Source: Gemmatimonadota bacterium (lineage in GTDB: Bacteria > Gemmatimonadota > Gemmatimonadetes > Palauibacterales > KS3-K002). From it: a DNA stretch of 64,000 nucleotides. The notes beneath the pieces were generated by a model. It saw nothing but the letters and a program-made list of their open reading frames with translations. It ran no database searches and had not been told where the DNA came from. A program made the translations under genes and the position numbers. Shown here piece after piece: positions 1-9,361 of this stretch. Numbering within the stretch: the stretch's first letter is position 1; each line of letters opens with the position of its first letter. The stretch lies in the NCBI GenBank assembly GCA_039586795.1, contig JBDHJS010000015.1, forward strand, positions 1-64,000, read 5' to 3'.

Positions 1-752
1 AGCCGGTAGACATCGATGATGCCGAGCGGGTCCTTCCACGGGTCGTAGCGCGAAACCTGCGTCATCAGAGGCCGCTTGCTGTCGATACCGAAACGCTGCT
101 CGAGAATCCCTCGCGCTTCATTCCGTGCCATCGCATGGTTCTTCGGCGCCAACGGGTTGATCGAGGGATAGATATACTCTTTGCGATGTCGCGCGAGCTC
201 CGGTGTTGCATAGTCAGGCAGCGTGAAGATGGAAACCTCGTAGTAGTCCATGAACGGCGCGAGGAAATCTATCGCTTGCTGGTTGGGCGTCGATGTGTCG
301 ATATGGCATCGCCATATCCAGTGACCCGTCCGCCGTCCGTCCAGCAGCCCGACAAGGCCCGCCGGCTGGGGATCGTGAACAACCACGAAATCCCAATCGC
401 GCGCCGTGACCTCGAGGTTCTCCTCGAGCGTCGCCAGATAGAGCGCAGGATGCTCCGGCGTCAACTCCACGTCCATGCCTTGCAGCCCGTTGTGCAGCTT
501 CTTCGTCAACTCGAAGTAGGGATCGTTGCCGGAGAGCACGTGCCATTCGGCATCAAGACCGAGGCCGCATTTCAGCGCGACGAGGATCGGAAGCATCTCA
601 GCCACGCCGCCGCCGACGGCAGTGGCGTTGATGTGCAGGATGCGAGCGCCGCGCAACGGCGCCGCGAGCTCCTCGATACCTGCCACTTCCTCATCGCCGA
701 TCAGCCCCCGATAGTCCTCTATCGATGTGGGGGCCAGGTTCACCCTTCTCAT
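1..752 (-). CDS. treT: Trehalose synthase TreT-like GT4 glycosyltransferase (5' part; runs off the window edge)
   Basis: Not in the ORF track. Manual minus-strand translation from ATG 752 (GGAGG upstream): MRRVNLAPTSIEDYRGLIG...HINATAVGGGVAEML...TKKLHNGLQG...VVHDPQP...WRCHID...PSIDPL...QVSRYDPWKDPLG, which are typical TreT motifs. Confidence 0.85.
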   Translation of the reverse strand, partial: MRRVNLAPTSIEDYRGLIGDEEVAGIEELAAPLRGARILHINATAVGGGVAEMLPILVALKCGLGLDAEWHVLSGNDPYFELTKKLHNGLQGMDVELTPEHPALYLATLEENLEVTARDWDFVVVHDPQPAGLVGLLDGRRTGHWIWRCHIDTSTPNQQAIDFLAPFMDYYEVSIFTLPDYATPELARHRKEYIYPSINPLAPKNHAMARNEARGILEQRFGIDSKRPLMTQVSRYDPWKDPLGIIDVYR

Positions 753-1075
753 CCTCTGGCTTCCTCCCTCGCGTATCGCCGTCCCGGGAACGAACCGGCG
801 TCCATGCGCCCAGGTTTCTTTGCAAATAGGAAGCCGGAAGGATACAGGCAGTCCTAAGTCAAGGCAATAGCGACGATTGGATCGATTGCCGCGGAGCGGC
901 GAGAGGTGGGCATACGCCGCACTTCGGTCGATCTGACCGGGAAACCTGGCCGTACCGAGAAGACGAGTGCCGCAGGGGCCGGGAGTTGGAGGGCCCGTCT
1001 GGCGTCGGAGCCGCCGGCGGTCTATATAGCTCGCAGTCACTAGAAACGCCGACATCAATAGAACGGAGAAAGAGC

Positions 1076-1504
1076 ATGCCAACGAGTAAAGCGACGGCTA
1101 CTTGGAATGGTGTACTCAAGAGTGGCAATGGGGAATTCAGTGCCGGATCCGGCGCGTTCAAGGGCGCGTATTCGTTTCCCACGCGATTCGAGGGTAAAGC
1201 GGGCACCAACCCGGAAGAGCTAATCGCGGCGGCTCATGCGTCTTGCTTGAGCATGGCGCTAGCTGCAGGGCTGGAGAAGGCGGGCACCCCACCTGAGAGC
1301 ATCACGACGACGGCGCACTGCACGCTGGAGATCTTGGACGACGGTGCCAAGATCACGACAATGAAGCTGGAAGTCATCGGGAAGGTGCCGGGAATAGACC
1401 AGGCGGCATTCGCTGAAGCGGCGGAAGGTGCGAAGGGTGGTTGCCCGGTGTCGAAGGCGCTGATGGGGAACATGGAGTTTGTGTTGGAGGCGACCCTGGC
1501 GTAG
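1076..1504 (+). CDS. osmC: OsmC family peroxiredoxin
   Basis: ATWNG.LKSGNG, TRFEGKAGTNPEELIAAAHASC and the second Cys in GCPVSKAL; GGAGA before ATG 1076. Confidence 0.93.
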   Translation: MPTSKATATWNGVLKSGNGEFSAGSGAFKGAYSFPTRFEGKAGTNPEELIAAAHASCLSMALAAGLEKAGTPPESITTTAHCTLEILDDGAKITTMKLEVIGKVPGIDQAAFAEAAEGAKGGCPVSKALMGNMEFVLEATLA

Positions 1505-1620
1505 ACGGTAGACGGTAGACAGTAGACAATAGATAGTTGAGCTGCGCCTGGCGACTGTGAGTCGCTGGCTCTCCTGTCCACCGCCCACTGTCTACCGTCA
1601 ACCGTCCACCGTCCACCACC
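1501..1620. repeat. Heptamer-based long inverted repeat: (GTAGACR)n / central hairpin / (CYGTCHA)n
   Basis: gtagacg-gtagacg-gtagaca-gtagaca-atagata, then ctggcgact-gtg-agtcgctgg, then ctgtcca-ccgccca-ctgtcta-ccgtcaa-ccgtcca-ccgtcca. Confidence 0.85.
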
Positions 1621-1623
1621 CAG

Positions 1624-2934
1624 ATGACACACCAGCGCCCACGTTTCACGTCCCTGTTCGGCGCTCTGATGGCGCTGATCGGCGTTGCTGTCGGCCTCGG
1701 CAACGTGTGGCGCTTTCCTTATATGGCCGCCGCGTTTGGTGGTGGCGCGTTTCTCCTGGTCTACCTGGCGCTCCTCTTCCTGATCGGCATACCGGCGCTC
1801 ACGGCGGAATTCACGCTGGGTCGAATGACGCGGCGTGGACCGATGGGCGCGTTCCGGCGGATTGGCATGCCGGGAGGGAGCGCTGTTGGTTGGGTCCTGT
1901 TCGTCACGATGTTGATGGCGCTCAGCTACTACACGGTTGTAGTCGGCTGGGTTTTGCGGTACGTGGTCGTATCGCTGAGTGGTCGGATCGGGAGCATCGA
2001 GCCGCAGGCGTTCTTCGACTCGGTGCTGGGTGGATTCGGTGGGCAGTTCCTCTTCACAGCGGTGATTCTCGCGTTGGCCATCTGGGTTCTGCTAACGGGG
2101 ATCCACAGAGGTGTGCAGCGCGTAAGCAGTGTCGGGATGCCGATGCTCTTCGTGCTGCTGGTGGTGTTGATCGGCCGATCACTGACGTTGCCGGGAGCTA
2201 TGGATGGGCTCCGCTTCTATCTGGTGCCCGATTTCTCGAAGGTCGACGCGGGCGTGGTTGCAGCCGCTCTGGGCCAACTTTTCTTTTCGGTTGGGCTGGG
2301 CGGCACGTTCATGGTGACGTACGCTAGCTACATCAAGGACGACGTCGATCTGGGCAACAGCGCGTTTAAAGTCGGGGTCGGCGAGACATTGGCATCGATA
2401 CTGGCGGGTCTGGTGGTTATCCCGGCAGCCGTGTCGCTTGGCATTGAGTTGAACAGTGGCCCGCCGTTCACCTTCGTTACAGCGCCCACCATCTTCGCCG
2501 GTATTCCCGGCGGATCCGTGTTCGCTTCACTCTTCTTCAGCCTACTTCTTCTCGCGGCGTTCCTTTCGGTCGTCGCAGGAATGGAGGTGCTGATCGCAGG
2601 AGCTGTGGATGAGTTGGGGTGGAGCCGTCGACAAGCGACAATCGGCTTTGGCGTGGCTGTGCTGCTACTGGGGACCCTGCCGATGCTGAGCCTCGACTAC
2701 ATATTGAAAAGCGATCTCTTCTGGGGCTCGACGATGCAGCCGGTGGGCAGCGCACTCGCCTTGATCGGTCTGGCCTGGATTGTGGGGCTGGGGCGCGCGC
2801 TGGAGGAAGCGAACAAGGGTCGCACGGGTAGGCCGATCGGGCGGCTATGGTTCTTCTGGATCAAGTACGTTGTTCCGCTGGCAGTTGCCCTGATTCTCGC
2901 GCTCGGTCTTAAGAGTCTGTTCGAGGCGTTTTGA
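1624..2934 (+). CDS. Sodium-dependent transporter, SNF/NSS family
   Basis: GVAVGLGNVWRFPY...GGGAFLLVY, AALGQLFFSVGLGG and about 11 TM helices. Confidence 0.95.
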   Translation: MTHQRPRFTSLFGALMALIGVAVGLGNVWRFPYMAAAFGGGAFLLVYLALLFLIGIPALTAEFTLGRMTRRGPMGAFRRIGMPGGSAVGWVLFVTMLMALSYYTVVVGWVLRYVVVSLSGRIGSIEPQAFFDSVLGGFGGQFLFTAVILALAIWVLLTGIHRGVQRVSSVGMPMLFVLLVVLIGRSLTLPGAMDGLRFYLVPDFSKVDAGVVAAALGQLFFSVGLGGTFMVTYASYIKDDVDLGNSAFKVGVGETLASILAGLVVIPAAVSLGIELNSGPPFTFVTAPTIFAGIPGGSVFASLFFSLLLLAAFLSVVAGMEVLIAGAVDELGWSRRQATIGFGVAVLLLGTLPMLSLDYILKSDLFWGSTMQPVGSALALIGLAWIVGLGRALEEANKGRTGRPIGRLWFFWIKYVVPLAVALILALGLKSLFEAF

Positions 2935-3758
2935 AGGTGGGTATGATGCACACGTTATCAGGTATTGCCCTAGCGGCGGTTTTGACGGTGCTCGTTCATT
3001 CGGGCACCGGGATCACCGTGGGGCCGGATGGGCTGATCTACTTCAACGATACGGTCGGCAACACCGTCTGGCGCATCGAGGAGGATGGAGCGCTCACGCG
3101 CGTCGCCGACGACATACACACAAACGTGCTTTCCGTAGCTGACGATGGGACGCTCGATCATCCGTCGGGCGGCTACCCACGTAACGGCTACACGTTCATC
3201 ACCGGGGCACCAGACGGCTCGACCTACGCTACCGTCCGCAGCCTGGTCGCCCGTGTTTTGGCGGACGGGTCGCTGGAGACGGTAGCTGGCGACAGTGTAC
3301 ATGGCTTTCGGGATGGCCCGGCGGAGCAGGCGTCTTTTGACCGACCTCAGGGGCTGGCCGTAGACTCTTTGGGTGGTATCTACGTGGCCGATCACATGAA
3401 CCGGCGGGTTCGATACATAACGCCGGAGGGTTCGGTGGAGACGATCGCGCGAAGCGGCGTGCCGTGGGCGCCCACCGGTATCGTGATCAGGGGCGACGAA
3501 GTCTACGTGCTAGAGCGGTTGGGCAAGTATTGGGGCGTTCCATTTCTTGCCATGGTACTGAGGCGATTCATCGATCATCCGCGCGTCCGTGTGATCGGCT
3601 CGGACGGCAGCGTCGAGGTGGTGGCGGCTGTACCTACGGAAAAAGAGCCGGCCCGGACGATGGTCATCGGTGCATTGCTGATCATAGTCGTCGGTTCGGC
3701 TTTTCTCGCGCTTGGTCGCGTTGTCGATCGCGAAACCGGGTTCAAGGGCCAGACGTAG
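2931..3758 (+). CDS. NHL-repeat beta-propeller protein with C-terminal membrane anchor
   Basis: RDGPAEQASFDRPQGLAVDSLGGIYVADHMNRRVR NHL repeat; hydrophobic N- and C-termini. Start uncertain (TTG 2931 or ATG 2943/2946). Confidence 0.75.
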   Translation: MKVGMMHTLSGIALAAVLTVLVHSGTGITVGPDGLIYFNDTVGNTVWRIEEDGALTRVADDIHTNVLSVADDGTLDHPSGGYPRNGYTFITGAPDGSTYATVRSLVARVLADGSLETVAGDSVHGFRDGPAEQASFDRPQGLAVDSLGGIYVADHMNRRVRYITPEGSVETIARSGVPWAPTGIVIRGDEVYVLERLGKYWGVPFLAMVLRRFIDHPRVRVIGSDGSVEVVAAVPTEKEPARTMVIGALLIIVVGSAFLALGRVVDRETGFKGQT

Positions 3759-3800
3759 GGTACCAGGCAGCAGGGAGTGGGATAATAACGCGAGGATGAG

Positions 3801-4391
3801 ATGAACACGGCTCGCTATGTGCTCGCACTTCTTTCCGTGATGACCTATCCGATGGCCGTCGGGTGGTGGTATATCACGCATCCGTTGATCGACTTCTGGC
3901 GGAAGCTTGGGCGCCCGTTGTTCTACACGCTTGTCACATTCGTATCCTTCGCCGTGATGGCGGCGATCTACTTCGTGCGCGAACCGATCCTGTCAGTGGA
4001 ATACGGGACCAACCCAATGTTGTGGCCGCTGGTGGTGCTCTTCTATGGTCTTTCCGTTTGGGTGGAGGTTCGCTGTCGCAAGCACCTGAAGACGAAGATC
4101 TTGTTCGGCTCACCGGAGCTCGATCCAAGCGGTCACGGTGGCCAGCTCATTGCCGAAGGGATCTACGGCAAGGTTCGCCATCCTCGCTACGTTGCGGTGT
4201 TCTTGGGAACCATCGCGGTGGCGTTCTTCTGCAACTACCTGGCCGTCTATATCCTTGTAGTGCTTCTGGTTCCGGCGCTCAACCTGGTCGTGGTGTTGGA
4301 GGAGAGAGAACTGCGAGATCGGTTCGGCGAAGAGTACGTGCGCTACTGCGAGCGCGTGCCGCGTAGGTTCATCCCGCAGTTCGGCCGCTGA
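3801..4391 (+). CDS. Isoprenylcysteine carboxyl methyltransferase / PEMT family membrane protein
   Basis: LIAEGIYGKVRHPRY and EERELRDRFGEEYVRYCERVPRR motifs. Confidence 0.9.
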   Translation: MNTARYVLALLSVMTYPMAVGWWYITHPLIDFWRKLGRPLFYTLVTFVSFAVMAAIYFVREPILSVEYGTNPMLWPLVVLFYGLSVWVEVRCRKHLKTKILFGSPELDPSGHGGQLIAEGIYGKVRHPRYVAVFLGTIAVAFFCNYLAVYILVVLLVPALNLVVVLEERELRDRFGEEYVRYCERVPRRFIPQFGR

Positions 4392-4400
4392 TGTGAAACG

Positions 4401-5318
4401 CTATCCGAAGCGCGGGTGACGCAGGCTCTCTACGTCCCAGCCGGCAAGCTCGGCGCCCGCGTGGTAGGCACTCTCCAGAAAGCTGAGAATCGAGGCCCTG
4501 GGGTTCTCGGCGACCCGGGCATCATCGTAGGAATAGAGCGCCGTGTGGCTCTCCGGGCTTTGCTCGAGCCAGAACGCTCCTTCCGGCTGCAACGGCCGAC
4601 CGGCCAGGCCCATCGGTTCTGGCGCGGTGTAGGAGTAGAACATCGGCTGGCGAGTATCCGCATCACCTGGCCACCACCCAAAGCTGATCACTTCGTGAGA
4701 GTATGCTTCCATAGTCACCGGGTCGGCGCCTTCCCGGGTCGGCGCCCGTCGACCGGAGAAGCGCGTCAACGCCAGGTCGAAGCTGTGCCAGAAGAGGTGA
4801 ACCGGCGTCGTCTTTCCCTGAAAGCGGCCCATGAATTCCGACATCACGCCATAGACCGCCAGCATCGCTTGCCACCATCGCTGGACGTACTCGGGGTCGT
4901 ACGTCGCGTGCTCGTTGTCCTCGGCAAATGGAGTGGTGATCGGGATACCGAACGGTGTTCCAACAATCGTTACGTCGACCCCCAGGTCATCCAGCGTTGA
5001 GAACAGCTTCTGGTTAAACTGAGCGACCGATTGGCCCTGCAGGTAGAACTGGGCGCCGATGCCGGTACTCGTGCTCACGCGTACAGCCGGGTCGACGCAA
5101 TCGAGCTCGATCTCGAATGCCCCCGACTTGTAGGGGATGGGTCGCGTAGTAATACCACGGCTCGACACGTAAAGCGGGACGTGCCACCAGTGGTTCTGTG
5201 GCGGCATGAGCTTCAGGCGGATCTTGCCGATGATCTGCAGATAGAGATGGAGTGTCCAGCGCGTCTCCTCCCATTCGTCGAGCGGGAGTGCGGGTAGGTC
5301 ACGTAGCTCGCTGTTCAT
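4401..5318 (-). CDS. DUF5996 family protein
   Basis: TLHLYLQIIGKIRL...NHWWHVPLYVSSRG...PVHLFWHSFDLALTRFSGR...EAYSHEVISFGWWPG. Confidence 0.88.
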   Translation of the reverse strand: MNSELRDLPALPLDEWEETRWTLHLYLQIIGKIRLKLMPPQNHWWHVPLYVSSRGITTRPIPYKSGAFEIELDCVDPAVRVSTSTGIGAQFYLQGQSVAQFNQKLFSTLDDLGVDVTIVGTPFGIPITTPFAEDNEHATYDPEYVQRWWQAMLAVYGVMSEFMGRFQGKTTPVHLFWHSFDLALTRFSGRRAPTREGADPVTMEAYSHEVISFGWWPGDADTRQPMFYSYTAPEPMGLAGRPLQPEGAFWLEQSPESHTALYSYDDARVAENPRASILSFLESAYHAGAELAGWDVESLRHPRFG

Positions 5319-5332
5319 TTGCGCTCCCTGTC

Positions 5333-6805
5333 TTACTGCCGCTCCCAGGGCGCCCTGGTCGCGAACTTTCGTTCGATCTCGAACCGTGGCACGCTGACCG
5401 GATCTCCTTTCAGGAACTCCAGCACGCCCTGGAGGATCAGCGGCGACACGATCAGGAGGTCATCGTCATGGGTCCCGTTCTCAATGATGATGTGTTCGCT
5501 GTTCGGGAAGCCCTGGCGAACCTCTTCGGCGTTGCTGGGCGGTGTGCGTGCGTCCAGCGTGCCGCTGATGAACAAAACGGGCATCTCGCCGCTAACTGGC
5601 GCGCGGTACGCGTCACCCAGGTCCTTGTGCGGGAAGAACGAACAGACTTGGGGAAACGGAAATAGAGTCGCGTCTCCCAGAATGCTCTCCGGGGCCTCGC
5701 GGGCGATGCGTTGCAGTCTGTCATCGGTCGCTCCTGAAGCACAGTCCATCGCCGCGGCCATCGCCGATGCTCTGCGACCGAGCCGTCCCCGCGCCTCGAC
5801 CAGTGCGAGCGGGGCGAAGTTTCCTTCTTCGAGTGCCTTTGCGGCCAGGGGGAGCAGTGCGATGTCTTCGTCATCGCCCAGCAGATCGGTGAACGCGTCC
5901 TGCACGTCGAACTTGCTGATACCCACGCTGACCATCTCGCCGCTCGGGCTAGGAATTTCGACGTGGACCGGTTCTTCCTCGAGCCGGGCCATGACGGCCT
6001 TCACGCTTCCGAGCAGATCCGGCGTTATGGCGCGAGCTTCGGGATCGAGCCTCACCAGGCTGTCGACCCGCGCCAACACCTTGTCCAGGTTGCTGGGTAG
6101 CTTGTAGGAGTGGGCCGGTCCTTCGACGCCGGCGAGTACGGCCGCATGAACCCGTTCGGGGTATCGGCGCATGTAGGCCAGGGCGAGGTGCGTGCCGTAG
6201 ATGATGCCCCAGAGGGTAAGTTGGTCCGCGCCCAGCGCAATGCGAAGTGCCTCCAGGTCATCGGCGCTGGCAACAGTGTGGTAGGCGGCGATGTCGATTC
6301 CCTGATCCTCGAAGTGGGCCACGCACTGCGCCGCGAATTCTTCGAGGATCGGCGTATACACCACGGGATCGCCGGGTTCGTGTAGCTGGTAGTCGAAGCT
6401 GTTCGGGCAAAGCAAATAAGGTTCCGCGAAGTAGGTGCCACGCTGGTCCCAGGCGATAACGTCGCCGAGCTCGCGCAGCGCCTGAAAGAAGGGGAAGCGA
6501 TCGCCCAGCGAGCTCCGGGAACCGGAGCCGCCGGGTCCGCCGGCCAGGTATACGATGGGCGCGATCGGATCGTCCGCGGTGCTGGCGTATCGATAGAAGT
6601 GCAGCTTGATGATGCCTGTACTGTCCTCCCAACGCTCCGGAACGTAGAGGAACCCCTCCTCCGCCTCGACGCTCTGCTCGGGGCCTTCGCTGGTCGTCAG
6701 CGTCACCTTCTCGAGTTCGAGCTGTCCTATCGTCTGTGTCCAACCTGGGCCGGCAACCGCGAGCAAGAAAAGGGGAGCCCAAAGAACAGATGTCACTCTC
6801 GGCAT
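5333..6805 (-). CDS. Exported alpha/beta hydrolase (TAP/proline iminopeptidase-like); nucleophile position reads Ile instead of Ser
   Basis: Signal peptide, YLAGGPGGSG, DQRGT, WGIIYGTHL (normally GxSYGT), SGTLDARTP, ENGTH. Confidence 0.88.
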   Translation of the reverse strand: MPRVTSVLWAPLFLLAVAGPGWTQTIGQLELEKVTLTTSEGPEQSVEAEEGFLYVPERWEDSTGIIKLHFYRYASTADDPIAPIVYLAGGPGGSGSRSSLGDRFPFFQALRELGDVIAWDQRGTYFAEPYLLCPNSFDYQLHEPGDPVVYTPILEEFAAQCVAHFEDQGIDIAAYHTVASADDLEALRIALGADQLTLWGIIYGTHLALAYMRRYPERVHAAVLAGVEGPAHSYKLPSNLDKVLARVDSLVRLDPEARAITPDLLGSVKAVMARLEEEPVHVEIPSPSGEMVSVGISKFDVQDAFTDLLGDDEDIALLPLAAKALEEGNFAPLALVEARGRLGRRASAMAAAMDCASGATDDRLQRIAREAPESILGDATLFPFPQVCSFFPHKDLGDAYRAPVSGEMPVLFISGTLDARTPPSNAEEVRQGFPNSEHIIIENGTHDDDLLIVSPLILQGVLEFLKGDPVSVPRFEIERKFATRAPWERQ

Positions 6806-6874
6806 CGCAGGAACTCCTGAAGAACGAGAAAGAGAAGTGCTCACGCCCACTGCTTACTTCCTACGACCAGGCGT

Positions 6875-9184
6875 TTAGCGGGTTTCACCGGCCAGCTGCT
6901 CTAGCAACCTCTGGGCGGAAGCAACGCGTGGCTGTAGCGCGGGGTCTGCATTCTGCCAGAGTGCGGCGAAACTCGTCAGATGCGCGATTGCCTTTGCCGT
7001 GTCGCCGAGCGCCAGGTAGACGTTGGCGGCCCGCTCGTGGGCAAGAGGGCGCGTCGTTCCGTACAGGCCCTGATCCATGAAGTTGAGGAGGTAGCTGGTG
7101 GTCAGTGAGTCGTACAGGGCGGCGGCCTTTCCGAGTTCGCCGTTCGCGGCGTAGGCATCGGCGAGCAGTAGACCCGTGTCGCGTCGGAGCATACCATACC
7201 ATTGGCTGCGCGACTGCTGCAGATGCTCTATAGCGTCGGCAACCCGGCCCTCCTGCAGCGCGATGATCCCGCGTGTGCGTTCGGCGGGTCCAATTGAGCG
7301 CACACCGGTGACCCGCGTCACGGAGTCTATCGCTTCGAGAACTCTCCGCGCTTCGAGTAGATCGCCGGCGAGGGCATAGCTGGAGGCGAGGATTCCTAGA
7401 GAGAACTGGCTAGTGAAGGGTGTCGTCTCGCCGAAAGCGGCCTCACGTGAGCGTTCGACAATCGGCAGTACTCGCTCAGGGTCTCCCGCGGCCAGCATCG
7501 CGAAGCTGAGATTTTGAACCGCCAGATAGCCAGCGATGTCGACGCCGGATGCACTAGCGACATCGACCGCCGTGTCGGCGTAGGCCAGAGTACTGGCCTT
7601 ATGTCCGTTCATCGCTGACAGCGATGACAGATACCAGTAGCCCCAGGCAGAAATGAAATCCCGCGAGTCGTGTGCGTTCTCTAATGCGTGCGATCTGCCA
7701 CGCTCGAAATCGTCACTGTAGACCGCAGCGGAGACTTGGGCGAAGCGCGTCGCTGAGGTGTTTGGGTCCCGGCTAACCATGACTGCGAGAGCGGAGTCTG
7801 CGGCTTCGTGCTGGTGAAGCGTGCGCGCAGCGCTGTGCACGTTGATATACGGCGTCTCACGATCTGGTGCCAACTCGACAGCGCGCCGGTACAGGAGCAT
7901 CGCGTCTTCGTAGCGCCCCATCCGCTCGTAGAGATCACCTATGTTATTGATTGCGACGTACGAGTTCGGGTCGCGCTCCATCTCGAGCTCGTAGTAGTGG
8001 ATGGCCGAATCGAAATCCATGCGCCACGAATGGTACGATCCCCCGACCAGGTATCGTTCGCGCCGCGCCAGGCGATCCTTGAAGGAGTAGGCGATATCGG
8101 CGTATCTCTGAGATTCAGCCGATCTTCCAATGTTGCCGTGGTGGATGCCCAGCGCGCGGTAGGCCGTGGCAAAGGCTGTGTCCACCTCCACGGCTTGCTC
8201 GAGGAGTCGGATGGCCTGATCGAGCCGGCCCACCCGACCGTACGCCGATCCCTGGGCGTACAGCTCCAGCGCCTCGAGGGAACTCGTTGTCACCTGGGGC
8301 AATGGCTCGCTGCGCTGCAGATCGGTGAGCGCCTCTCCCAGGTGACGTCTGACCAGACGCGACAGTTGCTCCACCGTCGAGATGACGTCAGCATCGCTCG
8401 CCGCTGTCTCTCGCACGCGTACTGCAACATCGCCGGTGCTCGCCTCGATGATGCGAGCCGTTATCTGGTAGCCAGAACCCAGGGGAGTGACCGCTCCCGA
8501 AATCACGACGGGGTAACCTTCGCGTTGTGCGATCTCGGTGGCGATGTCCTCGGTCAACGCCACCGTGTCGGGGAGCATCATGCGTTCCAGTACGTCATTC
8601 AGCTCCGAGCGATCGGCGACCTCCACGTATTCGGAACCGGCGAGATCCGTGGCGACGGCTTCGCGTACGGCGAGGCCGAGCGACGGTTGATCGGTTTCGT
8701 TTTCGAAACCGGCCACGAGGACCTTGTCTTGAGCGGTGAAGATGTCGGCGGCTTCGGCGCGAACGACCAATCCTTGAAAGCCGACCAGCAACCAGACGGA
8801 GGCGATCACGCCCCAGACGGCGAACAGGGCGACGCCGATCAGAAGGGCGTTACGCCAGTTGAAGACGTGGTGAACGCCAACGGTTTCAGGCTCGGCGTAT
8901 TGGATTTGCTCGATGCCCGGGTCGCTGGTCTCCGGGATCAAGGTTGGGTCGGAACGTCCGGCTCCGGGCGCACCCTCCTGGACAAACGCGGTCGCCAGGA
9001 CAAACGGCAGCCCCATGAGCAGAAGGGCCGCGGCGAGGCCGGGGAACCAGGGTGGGAGGCCGTAGGCACCGGTCAGTACTTCGACGATCTGGAGCACGAC
9101 CCAGGCAACCGCCGCATAGATGGCAAAAACCTGCCACAACGAGCGTCTGTGGACCTCGTGGATCAGCCTCTTGAGCTGCGTCAT
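6875..9184 (-). CDS. Membrane-anchored TolB-like/TPR protein
   Basis: N-terminal LIHEVHRRSLWQV plus three TM helices, alpha/beta domain (VLVAGFENET...GYQITARII), VTTSSLEALELY followed by TPRs; GGAGG before ATG 9184. Confidence 0.82.
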   Translation of the reverse strand: MTQLKRLIHEVHRRSLWQVFAIYAAVAWVVLQIVEVLTGAYGLPPWFPGLAAALLLMGLPFVLATAFVQEGAPGAGRSDPTLIPETSDPGIEQIQYAEPETVGVHHVFNWRNALLIGVALFAVWGVIASVWLLVGFQGLVVRAEAADIFTAQDKVLVAGFENETDQPSLGLAVREAVATDLAGSEYVEVADRSELNDVLERMMLPDTVALTEDIATEIAQREGYPVVISGAVTPLGSGYQITARIIEASTGDVAVRVRETAASDADVISTVEQLSRLVRRHLGEALTDLQRSEPLPQVTTSSLEALELYAQGSAYGRVGRLDQAIRLLEQAVEVDTAFATAYRALGIHHGNIGRSAESQRYADIAYSFKDRLARRERYLVGGSYHSWRMDFDSAIHYYELEMERDPNSYVAINNIGDLYERMGRYEDAMLLYRRAVELAPDRETPYINVHSAARTLHQHEAADSALAVMVSRDPNTSATRFAQVSAAVYSDDFERGRSHALENAHDSRDFISAWGYWYLSSLSAMNGHKASTLAYADTAVDVASASGVDIAGYLAVQNLSFAMLAAGDPERVLPIVERSREAAFGETTPFTSQFSLGILASSYALAGDLLEARRVLEAIDSVTRVTGVRSIGPAERTRGIIALQEGRVADAIEHLQQSRSQWYGMLRRDTGLLLADAYAANGELGKAAALYDSLTTSYLLNFMDQGLYGTTRPLAHERAANVYLALGDTAKAIAHLTSFAALWQNADPALQPRVASAQRLLEQLAGETR

Positions 9185-9256
9185 CTGCCTCCGCCGGTTG
9201 GGTAAGCGACGGAGAAAGATGGGCGCCCGGCGGACGGGGGCGCAAGCGCGACGAGC

Positions 9257-9340
9257 GGACAAGTAGACCAGTTGACGGTATGAGGGTAGACGATCGGGCG
9301 GCGGGCCGTATACTAGTCTGGTCTACTCGGCTACTTGTCC
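9257..9340. repeat. Nested inverted repeats in the divergent intergenic region
   Basis: ggacaagtag (9257-9266) pairs with ctacttgtcc (9331-9340); agtagaccag (9262-9271) pairs with ctggtctact (9318-9327). Both are perfect 10-mers. Confidence 0.7.
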
Positions 9341-9361
9341 ACTTTTCTGGCTCATCTGCTG

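Noticed and set aside
135..857. 240-aa plus-strand ORF
   Set aside because: It is the antisense shadow of the treT-like gene on the minus strand, which carries clear family motifs.
1501..1620. CRISPR array
   Set aside because: Units are 7 bp and tandem without unique spacers; no cas genes.
7808..9205. 465-aa plus-strand ORF and many similar long overlapping ORFs (e.g. 17981..18982, 34593..35420)
   Set aside because: Antisense or alternative-frame shadows expected in high-GC DNA; no motifs, and the overlapped frames encode recognisable proteins.
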